Below are positions 1 to 10,213 of a DNA stretch of 64,000 bases, piece after piece. The notes beneath the pieces were generated by a model. It saw only the letters and a program-made list of their open reading frames with translations, ran no database searches and was not told the origin of the DNA. Location of the stretch: the NCBI GenBank assembly GCA_963723645.1, contig CAVRRR010000002.1, forward strand, positions 376,163 through 440,162. The letters are read 5' to 3'. The stretch is from Terriglobia bacterium (GTDB taxonomy: Bacteria > Acidobacteriota > Terriglobia > Bryobacterales > Bryobacteraceae). The translations under genes were made by a program, and so were the position numbers. The stretch's first letter is position 1. Each line of letters opens with the position of its first letter.

Positions 1-1438
1 CGGTCGCCCGCTTCACCTGCAGCTCATCCAGCATCTCCGAGATGTTCTGCCGCATGGCTTTCGCCATCGTGTGTTCGTTTTCGCCATAGCTCGCATTGAT
101 CTTCAGGACCGGTATGCCCCAGGCGTCCTTCTTTTCGGGATCGAGTTCCACGAAGTTGTCGAAGCGCGGCAGGCACTCGCCTTGCGCTTCCATCGAAAAG
201 AAATACGGGATCTCACGGCGCACGCTCTCGCGCCAGGATCGCCCGAATCCCGGAAGCGAAAAGGCTTGCTCGTAAAGCTGCTGACTCGCGGTTCCGTCGA
301 ACCGGTAGCCACGAAGAAAGCCACTATTTTTATGGCCATCTGTGTTCGCATACTTCGGAATCAGATACCCGCAGGGATTCCCGATCGGTTCTCGTTTTCC
401 GCTCTTAAGCGAAGCAAGCTCGCCGCCGGCTCCCTCAACTGTGAAGTGATCCATCAGATAATGGCCGAGCACACCACTCGAGTTACCCAACCCGTTCGGA
501 AAGCGGGCTGAACGAGAGTTGAGCAGGATGCGCGTCGATTCGAGCGTAGAGGCGGCAAGCACGACGATCTTAGCTCGCGCTTCGCCCGGTGTCTTGCTGA
601 GCCGGCTGAGGTATTGCACACCTTCCGCTTCACCCTCAGTGTTGGTGATGATATGACTCACAACCGCATCGCTCAGCAGCGTGAATCGTCCAGTGCGAGC
701 AGCAGCCGGCAGCGTTACCGAAGGGCTATTAAAGTAGGAGGCTGTGTGGCATCCACGCTGGCATTGGTCGCAGTAGTGGCAAGCTGGCCGGCCGTTGTGA
801 GGCACCGTCAAGTTCGCGACTCTGTCGGGCATGAATCGCCAACCGAATCTTTTCTCGATAACACTTTTCGCGAGCACTTCGCCGCAAGAAAAATTCATCG
901 GCGGGAGAAATTTCCCGTCCGGCATCTGAGGGAGACCTTCGCGTGAACCGCTTACGCCGATGTAGTTTTCCACTTGGTCGTAATAAGGTTCGAGCTCCTG
1001 GTATGTGAAAGGCCAGTTCTCTTCGTACCCATCACGGCTAGCAGCCCGAAATTCATAGTTGCTATACCGGTAACTCTCGCGCGCCCAGCAGAAAGTCTTT
1101 CCGCCAACCTGCCGCCCACGGATCCACATGAAGGGTTTGTCGTGAGGAAAAGTATAAGGGTGCTCGTTGTCATTGACGAAAAACTGGTGGCTGTACTCGT
1201 CACAGGCGTAGCAGAGGCGCTGCACCGGCTGGTTCGCGAGCATTGCCCTCGCATCGCCGAACCCGCGATACCTCACCTGATAAGGCCATGCATGCTCTGT
1301 AAAATCCCGGCCCGGAACAATCGGCGGACCGGCTTCGAGCATCAGGATCTCCATGCCTTTTTCGGTAAGCTCTTTTGCTACCCAGCCGCCGCTCGCTCCC
1401 GATCCGACGATCAGCGCGTCATAAACCTTCCTGCTCAT
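1..1438 (-). CDS. GMC-family FAD-dependent oxidoreductase, partial (C-terminal end lies beyond the window edge)
   Basis: Not in the ORF track because the frame stays open to position 1. The minus-strand ATG at 1438 reads MSRKVYDALIVGSGASGGWVAKELTEKGMEILMLEAG (GxGxxG fold). Later segments read WPFTYQELEPYYDQVENYIGVSG and RILLNSRSARFPNGLGNSSGVLGHYLMDH, a typical GMC layout. ATGA start/stop overlap with the upstream TPR gene. Confidence 0.8.
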   Translation of the reverse strand, partial: MSRKVYDALIVGSGASGGWVAKELTEKGMEILMLEAGPPIVPGRDFTEHAWPYQVRYRGFGDARAMLANQPVQRLCYACDEYSHQFFVNDNEHPYTFPHDKPFMWIRGRQVGGKTFCWARESYRYSNYEFRAASRDGYEENWPFTYQELEPYYDQVENYIGVSGSREGLPQMPDGKFLPPMNFSCGEVLAKSVIEKRFGWRFMPDRVANLTVPHNGRPACHYCDQCQRGCHTASYFNSPSVTLPAAARTGRFTLLSDAVVSHIITNTEGEAEGVQYLSRLSKTPGEARAKIVVLAASTLESTRILLNSRSARFPNGLGNSSGVLGHYLMDHFTVEGAGGELASLKSGKREPIGNPCGYLIPKYANTDGHKNSGFLRGYRFDGTASQQLYEQAFSLPGFGRSWRESVRREIPYFFSMEAQGECLPRFDNFVELDPEKKDAWGIPVLKINASYGENEHTMAKAMRQNISEMLDELQVKRAT

Positions 1439-2310
1439 TTGCCCATTCCCCGCAGAAGCTTCACCTTCGCAAACTGGCGATCGGCATCCGCCTTGCGTCC
1501 CGCCCGCATGTAGGCCCGCCCCAACTGATAGTGCACATACGCTTTTTCCGGACTGTCGAGAGCCGCCTCCTCCAGATGTTCGATAGCTGTCGCCGTCTGC
1601 CCTGCTTCCAATTGTGCCTTGCCGTATTCGTAGTTCGCGTTTGCGTTCCGGGGTTGCACCGCGAGGACCCGCTCCAATTCCGAGACGCCCGCCGCTACTT
1701 CATTCAAATGGAGCAGCGCGACCGCTAAATCGTACCGATCTTCCACGTCGCCCGGATTGTTGTCGAGCTCTGCACGGAACTCAGCTATCGCATCACTCAA
1801 TCGGTTCTGCTTAAGAAATAGCAATCCTAAATTGTAATGTGCTCTTCGCAACCCCGTATTTAAACGTAAAGCCTCACGGAACTCTTCCTCTGCCGCACCC
1901 ATCTGCGCTACACTCGCATAAACTTGCCCCCATAAAAGGTGGAGTTCCGGGGAATCTGGATGCCGCTTCAGAAGGTCTGCGAAAACTCTTTGCGCCTCGT
2001 CCACTTGCCTCAACCGGGCATACGCCGTGCCAAGCGCGAGCAAAACTTGCATGTCGTCGGGCGCTTTGCTGCGGGCGCTTGTGAGCGCGGGAACCGCATG
2101 CTCGAAATCTTTCGCTTGGAAGAGTGCCAGCCCGAGCTGCTTATCGATTTCAGGCAAGTTGGGGTTCTCAACCTTGGCCGCTGCAAACTCGTGCGCAGCC
2201 GTCGCGTAATCGCCCTTCGCCGTGGCTTTAATCGCCACCTCGTAGTGATCGGCTGCGATCGAAGAAAGCGCTGCGCTCATGACGATTGTTCCAGCCCACA
2301 TACGCTTCAT
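1435..2310 (-). CDS. Exported tetratricopeptide (TPR) repeat protein
   Basis: 291-aa ORF with an N-terminal signal-like segment (MKRMWAGTIVMSAALSSIAA). Repeated A/Y/L-rich 34-aa TPR-like units follow (e.g. AHYNLGLLFLKQNRLSDAIAEF, VHYQLGRAYMRAGRKADA). 4-nt overlap with the GMC gene suggests translational coupling. Confidence 0.75.
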   Translation of the reverse strand: MKRMWAGTIVMSAALSSIAADHYEVAIKATAKGDYATAAHEFAAAKVENPNLPEIDKQLGLALFQAKDFEHAVPALTSARSKAPDDMQVLLALGTAYARLRQVDEAQRVFADLLKRHPDSPELHLLWGQVYASVAQMGAAEEEFREALRLNTGLRRAHYNLGLLFLKQNRLSDAIAEFRAELDNNPGDVEDRYDLAVALLHLNEVAAGVSELERVLAVQPRNANANYEYGKAQLEAGQTATAIEHLEEAALDSPEKAYVHYQLGRAYMRAGRKADADRQFAKVKLLRGMGK

Positions 2311-2368
2311 TTCGAATCTCGAGTCGACTATCTTGACAGCTTGACTTTACCGTCTCGAAAGGATCGCC

Positions 2369-5300
2369 ATGCATAATTTTAGTATTCGCTTCACTTTTCT
2401 CTTTCTGCTTTTCCTTTCCGCTGCCATGTCGCAAGAAAGTACGGGAACTATCTCAGGGTCGGTCACCGATCCGTCCGGGGCATCCGTTCCGCGGGCCGCC
2501 ATCACAGTGACGAACATTCAGACCGGGGTAGTCCGCCACGAGACGAGCAACTCGGGTGGGAACTTCGTTGTGACAAATCTGCCTGTCGGAAATTATCGCT
2601 TGTCCGCCGAGGCTCCCGGGTTTAAGAAGTTCGAAGCCACGCAGATTCGGCTCGATGTCAACGACCGTCTTACGATTCCGGCTCGCCTCGAGATCGGGGG
2701 AAGCACCGAAACCGTAAGCGTCAACGAAAGTGGGGCCCAATTACAAACGCAGTCCGCCGACCTTTCTGATTTGATCGGGGCACGGCAAACCCAGGCTCTG
2801 CCGCTCAATGGCCGCGTGTTCAGCCAGCTGGTGATGCTTGTGCCTGGCGTTGTTTCGGAGAACGGCACGATCGGTAACGGGGTTGGCATCAATAGTGACA
2901 CTACCGTCTCAATCAACGGTAACCAGAGTAACTCGAACCTTTGGCTGCTTGACGGTCAGAACAATATGGACGTCGGGAGCAACGCTCAAAACGTTGTCAC
3001 TCCACCTCTGGACGCGCTCGAAGAGTTCAAAGTTCTACGAAGCAACTACAGCGCTGAATTTGGCGGCGGGACCGGCGGCGTGGTTAATGTCGTCACTAAA
3101 CAAGGTACGCGAGACTTTCACGGAACCGTCTACGAGTATTTCCGTAACGATAAGCTTGATGCCAACGATTTTTTCCTGAATCAGCAGGGACAGCCTCGCA
3201 ACGAGCTTCGCTTCAACAACTTCGGATACACGCTCGGCGGCCCGTTCTGGATTCCGGGTGTCTACAACAAAGACAAGACGAAGGACTTCTTTTTCGCTTC
3301 GTACGAAGGCCGCCGCAACGTGACAGGCAACACAGCGCAAGACAACGTGCCTGACCAGGCCGAACGCTCGGGCGATCTCTCTACACTGGGCGAACCGAAC
3401 GTTCCTCCTTCGCAGATCGATCCGAATGCCCTAGCGATCCTGGCCCGGTACCCTATACCGAATGCGACCGGTGCGTATAACTTCGTTGCCAGCCTGCCCA
3501 CGGGGACCGTCGATAACGTCCAACTCTACCGTTGGGACCACAACATCAATGACAAAGCAATGCTGATGGCGCGTGTCATGACGGAGGGTCAAAGCCTCGC
3601 AAATATCAACAACCAACTCTGGGCGGACGACAACTTTCCGTCAGTTTCAAGTGATTGGACATTCTCGGCTCTGAACAGCATGGTGAAGCTGACAAATATC
3701 CTTACGCCCACCCTGGTCAACGAATTCCAGTTCGGTTACACCAATAACTTCATTCAGTTTCGGACTAGCAGCAAATCCGACCCTGTCTTAGCGTCTCGAG
3801 CTGGCTTCAGTTACAGCGAATTGTTTCCTGAAACTAGTGGCTCATTTCCCACTGTTAATGGTGTTGACGGATTTGGCACCATCGAACACCAGGCTCCGTT
3901 CACTAACCGCGAGGCAGTGTTGACCTGGCAGGATTCCTTGTCCTGGACGATCGGCAATCACAGTGTAAAGACAGGCTTTTCTATCGGACGCGGCCGCAAG
4001 CGCGAGCCTGCGAATGGAGGCGTCGACGACACCGCGGGCATCATGTCGTTCAACAGCTTTCATGATCTGCTTACGGGCAGTCTGGCTCAATATCAGGAGG
4101 AAGAGACACTCAATCCTGTATACGACCGGTGGCACGACTACGCGATCTATCTTCAAGACACCTGGAAGGCTACGTCGCACTTGACACTCGATTTCGGGCT
4201 CAGATGGCAGTACCTGGGGCAGACTTTTTCTGCTCACAACAACATCGCAAACTTTTACTCGAGCCGATATGACCCGAGCCAATGCTCAGCCGCTGCCTTC
4301 AGTTCGGCCGGCCTGATCGACCCGACGCTGTGCAACACGCTAAATGGAATCGTCACTCCTCAGTCTTCCGGAATTCCTGGTCCGGCTCTTGTCAAGAATC
4401 ATCCAAATGACTGGGAGCCACGGGGCGGGATTGCCTGGTCGCCGGGGATCTTCCACGACAAGCTCGTCTATCGGATGGGTGCTGGGATTTTTCACGGGCG
4501 TGACGCCATTTCACAGACCAGCGCACTGGGGCAGCTTCCGCCATTCGATCGCACCGCCACGCTCACTGGCGTCTCCATCAGTTCTCTCGCACCATTCAAT
4601 CCGCTGGCGCCTCAGCCCCCGATTGCGCTGCAAACCCTTGAGCCGAATTACGACAATCCTCTGAGCTATCAGTACAGTGCAGGCATCCAATACAGCCTCA
4701 GTTCCAACACGCTGCTGGGAGTGGGTTACGCCGGAAGCCACCAGATCCATCAAGGGTTGAACGTTGACATCAACCAGGTCCCAACTGCAGACCTTCTCTC
4801 CGTCTACGAGTACGAGAACAGCGGAGGCTTTTTAGGCATCAATCCCGATACAGTGCGCCCGTACCTCGGATACAGTCACATCTACGTGAACTCGCGAGAG
4901 GCAGTGACTCGCTACAACTCCCTACAAACTTCACTTGAACGTCGGCTCGCGCGCGGTCTGCAGCTTCAACTCTCCTACACTTTCAGCCATCTGATCTCGG
5001 ATGGGCCGAACCAGGACACGGAAGGACACGGTAGGCCGGTGCAGAACGCTTACGATATTCCAGCGGAGAAGTCCTTCGGCACGCAGGACCAACCACACAG
5101 CCTGTCTGTGAACGCCGTGTGGGAAATACCGGCGTTCGCTAACAGCGGAAATCGCCTTCTCAAAACCGGACTTGGCGGCTGGCAACTCAATGGCATCTAT
5201 TCACTTCGATCCGGCCTTCCCCAAACCGTATGCCTCGACCACGATGTCGTCGGACTCGCGTCCGGGACGGACATTTGCGAACGCGCCGACGTCCTCTCGA

Positions 5301-5683
5301 ATCCCAATCTCGATCGCGGCCAGCGTTCTGTGACGGAATTCTTCGACATCGCAGCATTCCAACTCCAGGCTCCCGGCACCTTCGGCAACTCCGGCCGCAA
5401 TAACGTCCGTGGACCGGGGATCAACAATTTTGATCTCTCGCTGTTCAAGGACTTCTCTCTGCCGCACATCAAGGGGCTGGGCGGCTCCGAGAATCCCAGG
5501 CTACAGTTTCGTACAGAGTTCTTCAACGCCTTCAATCACACCCAGTTCGCATCGATCAACACGACCTTTGTTCCCTCTCAGGATGTGGCAGGAAGCGGTT
5601 CCAGCTCAAACAGCCCATTCGGCACCGTCAGCTCGACCCGCACTCCCAGGCAGATTCAATTCGCTTTGAAGTTCCTGTTCTGA
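2369..5683 (+). CDS. TonB-dependent outer-membrane receptor with N-terminal carboxypeptidase-regulatory-like domain
   Basis: 1104 aa with a signal peptide. GTISGSVTDPSGASVPRAAITVTNIQTGV...GNYRLSAEAPGFKKF is the CarboxypepD_reg-type domain common in Acidobacteria. A plug-like region follows (LNGRVFSQLVMLVPGV). Long beta-barrel with a terminal aromatic residue (...QFALKFLF). Confidence 0.85.
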   Translation: MHNFSIRFTFLFLLFLSAAMSQESTGTISGSVTDPSGASVPRAAITVTNIQTGVVRHETSNSGGNFVVTNLPVGNYRLSAEAPGFKKFEATQIRLDVNDRLTIPARLEIGGSTETVSVNESGAQLQTQSADLSDLIGARQTQALPLNGRVFSQLVMLVPGVVSENGTIGNGVGINSDTTVSINGNQSNSNLWLLDGQNNMDVGSNAQNVVTPPLDALEEFKVLRSNYSAEFGGGTGGVVNVVTKQGTRDFHGTVYEYFRNDKLDANDFFLNQQGQPRNELRFNNFGYTLGGPFWIPGVYNKDKTKDFFFASYEGRRNVTGNTAQDNVPDQAERSGDLSTLGEPNVPPSQIDPNALAILARYPIPNATGAYNFVASLPTGTVDNVQLYRWDHNINDKAMLMARVMTEGQSLANINNQLWADDNFPSVSSDWTFSALNSMVKLTNILTPTLVNEFQFGYTNNFIQFRTSSKSDPVLASRAGFSYSELFPETSGSFPTVNGVDGFGTIEHQAPFTNREAVLTWQDSLSWTIGNHSVKTGFSIGRGRKREPANGGVDDTAGIMSFNSFHDLLTGSLAQYQEEETLNPVYDRWHDYAIYLQDTWKATSHLTLDFGLRWQYLGQTFSAHNNIANFYSSRYDPSQCSAAAFSSAGLIDPTLCNTLNGIVTPQSSGIPGPALVKNHPNDWEPRGGIAWSPGIFHDKLVYRMGAGIFHGRDAISQTSALGQLPPFDRTATLTGVSISSLAPFNPLAPQPPIALQTLEPNYDNPLSYQYSAGIQYSLSSNTLLGVGYAGSHQIHQGLNVDINQVPTADLLSVYEYENSGGFLGINPDTVRPYLGYSHIYVNSREAVTRYNSLQTSLERRLARGLQLQLSYTFSHLISDGPNQDTEGHGRPVQNAYDIPAEKSFGTQDQPHSLSVNAVWEIPAFANSGNRLLKTGLGGWQLNGIYSLRSGLPQTVCLDHDVVGLASGTDICERADVLSNPNLDRGQRSVTEFFDIAAFQLQAPGTFGNSGRNNVRGPGINNFDLSLFKDFSLPHIKGLGGSENPRLQFRTEFFNAFNHTQFASINTTFVPSQDVAGSGSSSNSPFGTVSSTRTPRQIQFALKFLF

Positions 5684-5686
5684 ATT

Positions 5687-7153
5687 ATGCTGAGCCCGGA
5701 TACAGACACTGCCGCCCGCAGCCGGTTACTCCTCTTACTCCGGGCTCCTGGCTCATTCGAAATCACTGACTCGCTATTTGTGCGATTACTCGGCCTTATT
5801 TATTTTTCTGCCTTCGGGTCGCTATGGCCTCAAATTGTCGGCTTGGCAGGTGCTCGCGGAATCGCGCCTGCCGCGCATCTGATAGCTGCGATGCGGGGGG
5901 GCTTTGGCGCCCGCGCTTTCTATTACGCGCCGAGCCTTTTCTGGCTGTTTCCAACTGACACGGCACTCGTCCTCTTCTGCGCCATTGGCTGCCTCTCCTC
6001 CGTTTTGATGGCCGTCCGCATCTTTTCCCGTGCAGCTACGGTCGTCTGCTTCGTTCTGTATCTGTCTTTGTCGTCGGTCGGCCAGCCGTTCACTTCGTTC
6101 CAGTGGGATTCCCTGCTGCTCGAGACCGGCTTTCTCGCCATTTTCGCAGGGGCGCCCTGGCTCGTCTGGGCCTACCGTCTTCTGGTCTTCCGGCTGATGT
6201 TTGAATCCGGCTGGGTCAAGCTCGCCTCACATGATCCAAACTGGCGAAACTTCCACGCCTTGCGTTTTCATTTTGTAACTCAGCCGCTCCCGAATCCGAT
6301 TGCCTATTACGCGTTCCACGCGCCGGCTGCGCTCCTGGATGCGTTGACGGCCCTGACGCTCGTCATTGAACTGTTAGCGCCGTTTCTTCTCTTTGGGCCT
6401 CGCATCGCAAGATACGTCGGCGTAAGTCTGCTCATGCTGCTCCAGATGGTAATCCTCCTCACCGGCAACTACGCCTTTTTCAACCTGCTCTCTATCGCGC
6501 TCTGCCTTTGGGGTCTGGATGACAAAGCCTTTGCCTCGCTTGCCCGTACGCTGCGCTGGCGATATCCACGCTCATCTCGCGCCATCCGGCCGGAACCTGT
6601 TCGCATCGCGGGTAATCTGGCGGTCCTCGTTCTCGTCTGTGTCGCAGTTGTTCAGTTGCTCGAGTCGCTAGCCCCCAGGGCGTCATCCATCTACAGAACT
6701 CTCGCCCTGGTGCAGCCGTTTGAAATCGTCAACAGTTATGGCCTTTTCGCGGTGATGACCACGACCCGCCCGGAGATTATCCTCGAAGGATCCAACGACC
6801 AGCTTGACTGGCGTGAGTACCAGTTTCCTTACAAACCTGGTAACACTCACCGCAGTCTGCCGTGGGTCGCTCCGTACCAGCCGCGTCTCGATTGGCAGAT
6901 GTGGTTTGCCGCCCTCGGCGATTATCAGAGCAGTACGTGGGTGGGCGGTCTCATGTATCGTCTGCTCACAGGCGAGCCGTCCGTTTACCGGCTGATCAAT
7001 CGACCGCCTTTCGATCGCCCGCCACACTACATGCGCGCACTCCTTTACGAGTACGAATTCACCACCTCCGCTGAACGCGACCGAACCGGGGCCATTTGGA
7101 AGCGCCAGCTTCGCGGCACATGGTTCGGCCCTGTCTCACTTAACGGTCGGTAA
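5687..7153 (+). CDS. Lipase maturation factor (LMF1-like) family membrane protein
   Basis: 488-aa polytopic membrane protein. The motif FTSFQWDSLLLETGFLAIF matches my recollection of the LMF/DUF1222 core. Starts 4 nt after the receptor stop codon. Confidence 0.65.
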   Translation: MLSPDTDTAARSRLLLLLRAPGSFEITDSLFVRLLGLIYFSAFGSLWPQIVGLAGARGIAPAAHLIAAMRGGFGARAFYYAPSLFWLFPTDTALVLFCAIGCLSSVLMAVRIFSRAATVVCFVLYLSLSSVGQPFTSFQWDSLLLETGFLAIFAGAPWLVWAYRLLVFRLMFESGWVKLASHDPNWRNFHALRFHFVTQPLPNPIAYYAFHAPAALLDALTALTLVIELLAPFLLFGPRIARYVGVSLLMLLQMVILLTGNYAFFNLLSIALCLWGLDDKAFASLARTLRWRYPRSSRAIRPEPVRIAGNLAVLVLVCVAVVQLLESLAPRASSIYRTLALVQPFEIVNSYGLFAVMTTTRPEIILEGSNDQLDWREYQFPYKPGNTHRSLPWVAPYQPRLDWQMWFAALGDYQSSTWVGGLMYRLLTGEPSVYRLINRPPFDRPPHYMRALLYEYEFTTSAERDRTGAIWKRQLRGTWFGPVSLNGR

Positions 7154-7200
7154 GGCTCTCTTTCGCGACTGAGATATCATGCTCGCAATAACTGGCCAAC

Positions 7201-8316
7201 ATGTCTGATCTCTCGCGTCGCAGACGGTTTCTTTCTTCTCTCGGATCTCTAGGCGGCGGAGCAGCGGCGCTCATCACGGGGCAGCGTGGGGCGCAGGCAC
7301 AGATCGCGACTCAGGCAGGGCCCGTACTTCCCGCCTACGCTCTCCTGCCGGCGCACAAGACCCTAAAGCAGTCGAGCTTCGACCGGACCGGCGGAAATGC
7401 CGATTTCTTCCACATCGCACCCAACGATACGCTTACGGTGTTCGAATCTGACGGCCCCGGTATCATCACTCACATCTGGTTTACGATCAACTCCCGCAGC
7501 GCGCAGCATCTGAAAGAACTGGTTCTCCGGATCTACTGGAACGGCAACGCGCACCCAAGCGTCGAGGTGCCGGTAGGCGACTTCTTCGGGCTCAACCTGG
7601 GCGACTACTTCCTCTATCAGTCAGCTTTTCTGAATTGCTCCTCCATCAAGGCCTTGAACTCTTATTTCGCGATGCCGTTCGCGCGTTCAGCGCGCATTTC
7701 AGTCACGAACGAAGGCACCCACCCGGTCGATTCGTTCTACTCGAACATCGATTACCAACTTGTTCGCGCTCTGCCCCCCGAAGCACTTTACTTTCATGCT
7801 CAGTACCGGCAGGCTACACCCAACAAAGCCGTAACGGGCTCGCCGAATAATCTGGACGGCCGGAGTAATTACGTCTTCTTTGAAACTCGGGGCCGCGGTC
7901 AAGCGATGGGTGTCACTCTCGGGATGGTCCAGAACACCGACGGCTGGTTTGGCGAAGGGGATGAGATGATCTTCATCGACGACGACTCTAAACCAACGAT
8001 CACCGGTACCGGCACCGAGGATTACTTCTGCGGCGCATGGGACTTCGGTGTCACCTATCAGTTCGCGAACCTTTACAACGGAGCCCCGTTCATCGGCGTC
8101 GGCGAGCGCGCCGGCGGTCACTACTGCCTGTATCGCTGGCATGCGGACAACCCGATTGCCTTCGAACGATCTCTCAAATTCACTATCGAACACGGCCACG
8201 CAAACGATCGCGCCGATTGCTTCTATTCCGTCGGCTACTGGTATCAGAGCGAGCCGTTCACTGATTTCCCTGCCCTGCCGCCTGCCTCCAGCCGCTATCC
8301 ATCCCTGAAGCTCTGA
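7201..8316 (+). CDS. DUF2961 / GH172-like exported protein
   Basis: 371 aa with a twin-arginine-like leader (SRRRRFLSSLGSLGGGAAALI). GEGDEMIFIDDDSKPTITGTGTEDYF is the characteristic DUF2961 block. Confidence 0.7.
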   Translation: MSDLSRRRRFLSSLGSLGGGAAALITGQRGAQAQIATQAGPVLPAYALLPAHKTLKQSSFDRTGGNADFFHIAPNDTLTVFESDGPGIITHIWFTINSRSAQHLKELVLRIYWNGNAHPSVEVPVGDFFGLNLGDYFLYQSAFLNCSSIKALNSYFAMPFARSARISVTNEGTHPVDSFYSNIDYQLVRALPPEALYFHAQYRQATPNKAVTGSPNNLDGRSNYVFFETRGRGQAMGVTLGMVQNTDGWFGEGDEMIFIDDDSKPTITGTGTEDYFCGAWDFGVTYQFANLYNGAPFIGVGERAGGHYCLYRWHADNPIAFERSLKFTIEHGHANDRADCFYSVGYWYQSEPFTDFPALPPASSRYPSLKL

Positions 8317-8368
8317 TCTTCCACAGGTATGCATCGGTCTACGCTTCACCGTCGCCTATCATGAGGCC

Positions 8369-9823
8369 ATGCAGCCCTTGTTTTCAACGCGTGCGGCCAG
8401 CTTCATCGTCTACATCTTCCCTATCCTTCTGATCCTGCCCGGTTTTGTCGAGGCACAGACGACCCTTGCGCCCGAGGTTCAATCGTTCCTCTCAATCACT
8501 GATGCCGCGGTGGCGCTATTGCATGTGCGCGTCATTGATGGGACCGGTGCCCCGGCGCGCCCGGACCAGACGCTGGTGATCGACCACGGAACCATCTCAG
8601 CTCTCGGAAATGCCGCTCAAAGCACTGTCCCGCCGGGCGTGCGACAACTCGATCTGAAGGGCTACACCGTTTACCCCGGGCTGGTGGGCATGCATGAGCA
8701 TCTGTTCTATCCATCAGGCGGGATGACCTACGGAGAGCAGGCCTTTAGTGCCCCACGTCTTTACCTGGCTTCCGGTGTTACGACGATGCGGACGGCCGGC
8801 TCTCTCGAACCATACGCCGATCTCAACCTCAAGCGCCTCATCAACCAGGGAGTGATGCCCGGCCCCAAGATGGACGCGACTGGCCCATATATAGAAGGTC
8901 CAGGCAGCTTTGCGATTCAGATGCCCAGCATAACGTCTCCCGAGCAGGCCCGCAGGCTGGTAGATTACTGGGTCGCGGAAGGTGCCACATCGTTCAAGGC
9001 GTACATGAACATCTCGCACGATTCGCTCGGTGCAGCCATCGACCAAGTCCATAAGCACGGTTTCAAGATCACCGGGCATCTCTGCTCGGTAGGCTTCACC
9101 GAAGCGGCCGAGCTCGGTATCGACGACCTGGAACATGGCCTGCTAGTGGATACTGAATTCGATCCGGCAAAGAAGCTGAATGTATGCCCGGGAGGCGGTC
9201 GGAATCTCACTGCTGTCGAAACTCTCAACCTGCAGGCGCCGGAAGCCCAGCGCATGATCCACACCTTGGTATCACATCACGTTGCCATCACATCAACCCT
9301 GGCCGTATTTGAAGCGTTCATACCGGGCCGGCCTCCGCTCGAGGAACGCATTCTCCAGGCCATGTCGCCCGAAGCGGCAAGACACTATCTGCTCGCGAAG
9401 GAGAAAGCCTCAGAGGGACCGAATCCGGCACGGTTCGTTGCGCCGCTCAAGAAAGAAATGGATTTCGAACGTGCGTTCGTGGCGGCAGGAGGCCTCTTAA
9501 TCGCCGGTTGCGATCCCACAGGAAACGGCGGCGCTCTGCCTGGCTTCGGCGATCAGCGAAATTTGGAACTGCTGGTCGAAGCAGGGTTCAAGCCTGAAGA
9601 AGCAGTTCGCATTTACACTCTGAATGGCGCTCAGTATCTTGGGCAGGCGGATCGTATAGGCTCGGTCGCAACCGGAAAGACGGCAGACCTGGTGGTCGTA
9701 CAAGGCGATCCTTCAACCCGCATCGCAGACGTTGAAAACGTGAAGTACGTGTTCAAAGAGGGCCGCGGCTATGATTCTGCGAAGCTCATCGATTCCGTTC
9801 GAGGATCAGTAGGCATCGAATAA
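8369..9823 (+). CDS. Exported amidohydrolase-family (metal-dependent hydrolase) protein
   Basis: 484 aa with a signal peptide. Has an HxH metal motif (GLVGMHEHLF), the late GCDPTGNGG block and ADLVVVQGDP, typical of the imidazolonepropionase-like amidohydrolase superfamily. Confidence 0.75.
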   Translation: MQPLFSTRAASFIVYIFPILLILPGFVEAQTTLAPEVQSFLSITDAAVALLHVRVIDGTGAPARPDQTLVIDHGTISALGNAAQSTVPPGVRQLDLKGYTVYPGLVGMHEHLFYPSGGMTYGEQAFSAPRLYLASGVTTMRTAGSLEPYADLNLKRLINQGVMPGPKMDATGPYIEGPGSFAIQMPSITSPEQARRLVDYWVAEGATSFKAYMNISHDSLGAAIDQVHKHGFKITGHLCSVGFTEAAELGIDDLEHGLLVDTEFDPAKKLNVCPGGGRNLTAVETLNLQAPEAQRMIHTLVSHHVAITSTLAVFEAFIPGRPPLEERILQAMSPEAARHYLLAKEKASEGPNPARFVAPLKKEMDFERAFVAAGGLLIAGCDPTGNGGALPGFGDQRNLELLVEAGFKPEEAVRIYTLNGAQYLGQADRIGSVATGKTADLVVVQGDPSTRIADVENVKYVFKEGRGYDSAKLIDSVRGSVGIE

Positions 9824-10213
9824 ATCCTTTCGTGAGTTTCAACGGACCCCGGCCAAGACGTGCGCCCTCCCCAGCTTCACTATCACCATCCAAACTCGCT
9901 TGAGATCGCTCGTATCCACTTCGGGTAGTGGCACACCACTCATCGCCATTTGGTTAGCGAGCACAGCTGTTCGCCTCCGATTCGCGGAGGAAACCGCACT
10001 TCACAGGGCGTCAGTCCACTTCGATGACGGCAAAAATCAGCACCGCAAAACGCTCGTGGTAAAAAGGTTGGGCGGTCACACGCTGCGCGCCTGTAGTCTG
10101 GCCATGAAACAGAGCCCAAGGCTCGGGATGCTTGACCCGGGTTCGTGAATCGACATCGCGGGTTAGATCCGGACCACTTGTAAGCGCATCCACCACCGCA
10201 AAGGAATCTCGAA

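Noticed and set aside
10011-10196. 61-aa minus-strand ORF in the 390-bp spacer (…HPEPWALFHGQTTGAQRVTAQPFYHERFAVLIFAVIEVD), possibly the relic of a larger gene. A CCTCCG-N5-CGGAGG hairpin lies at 9974-9990.
   Set aside because: I recognise no family, the neighbouring frames do not continue a coherent protein, and I could not support either a gene or a pseudogene call.
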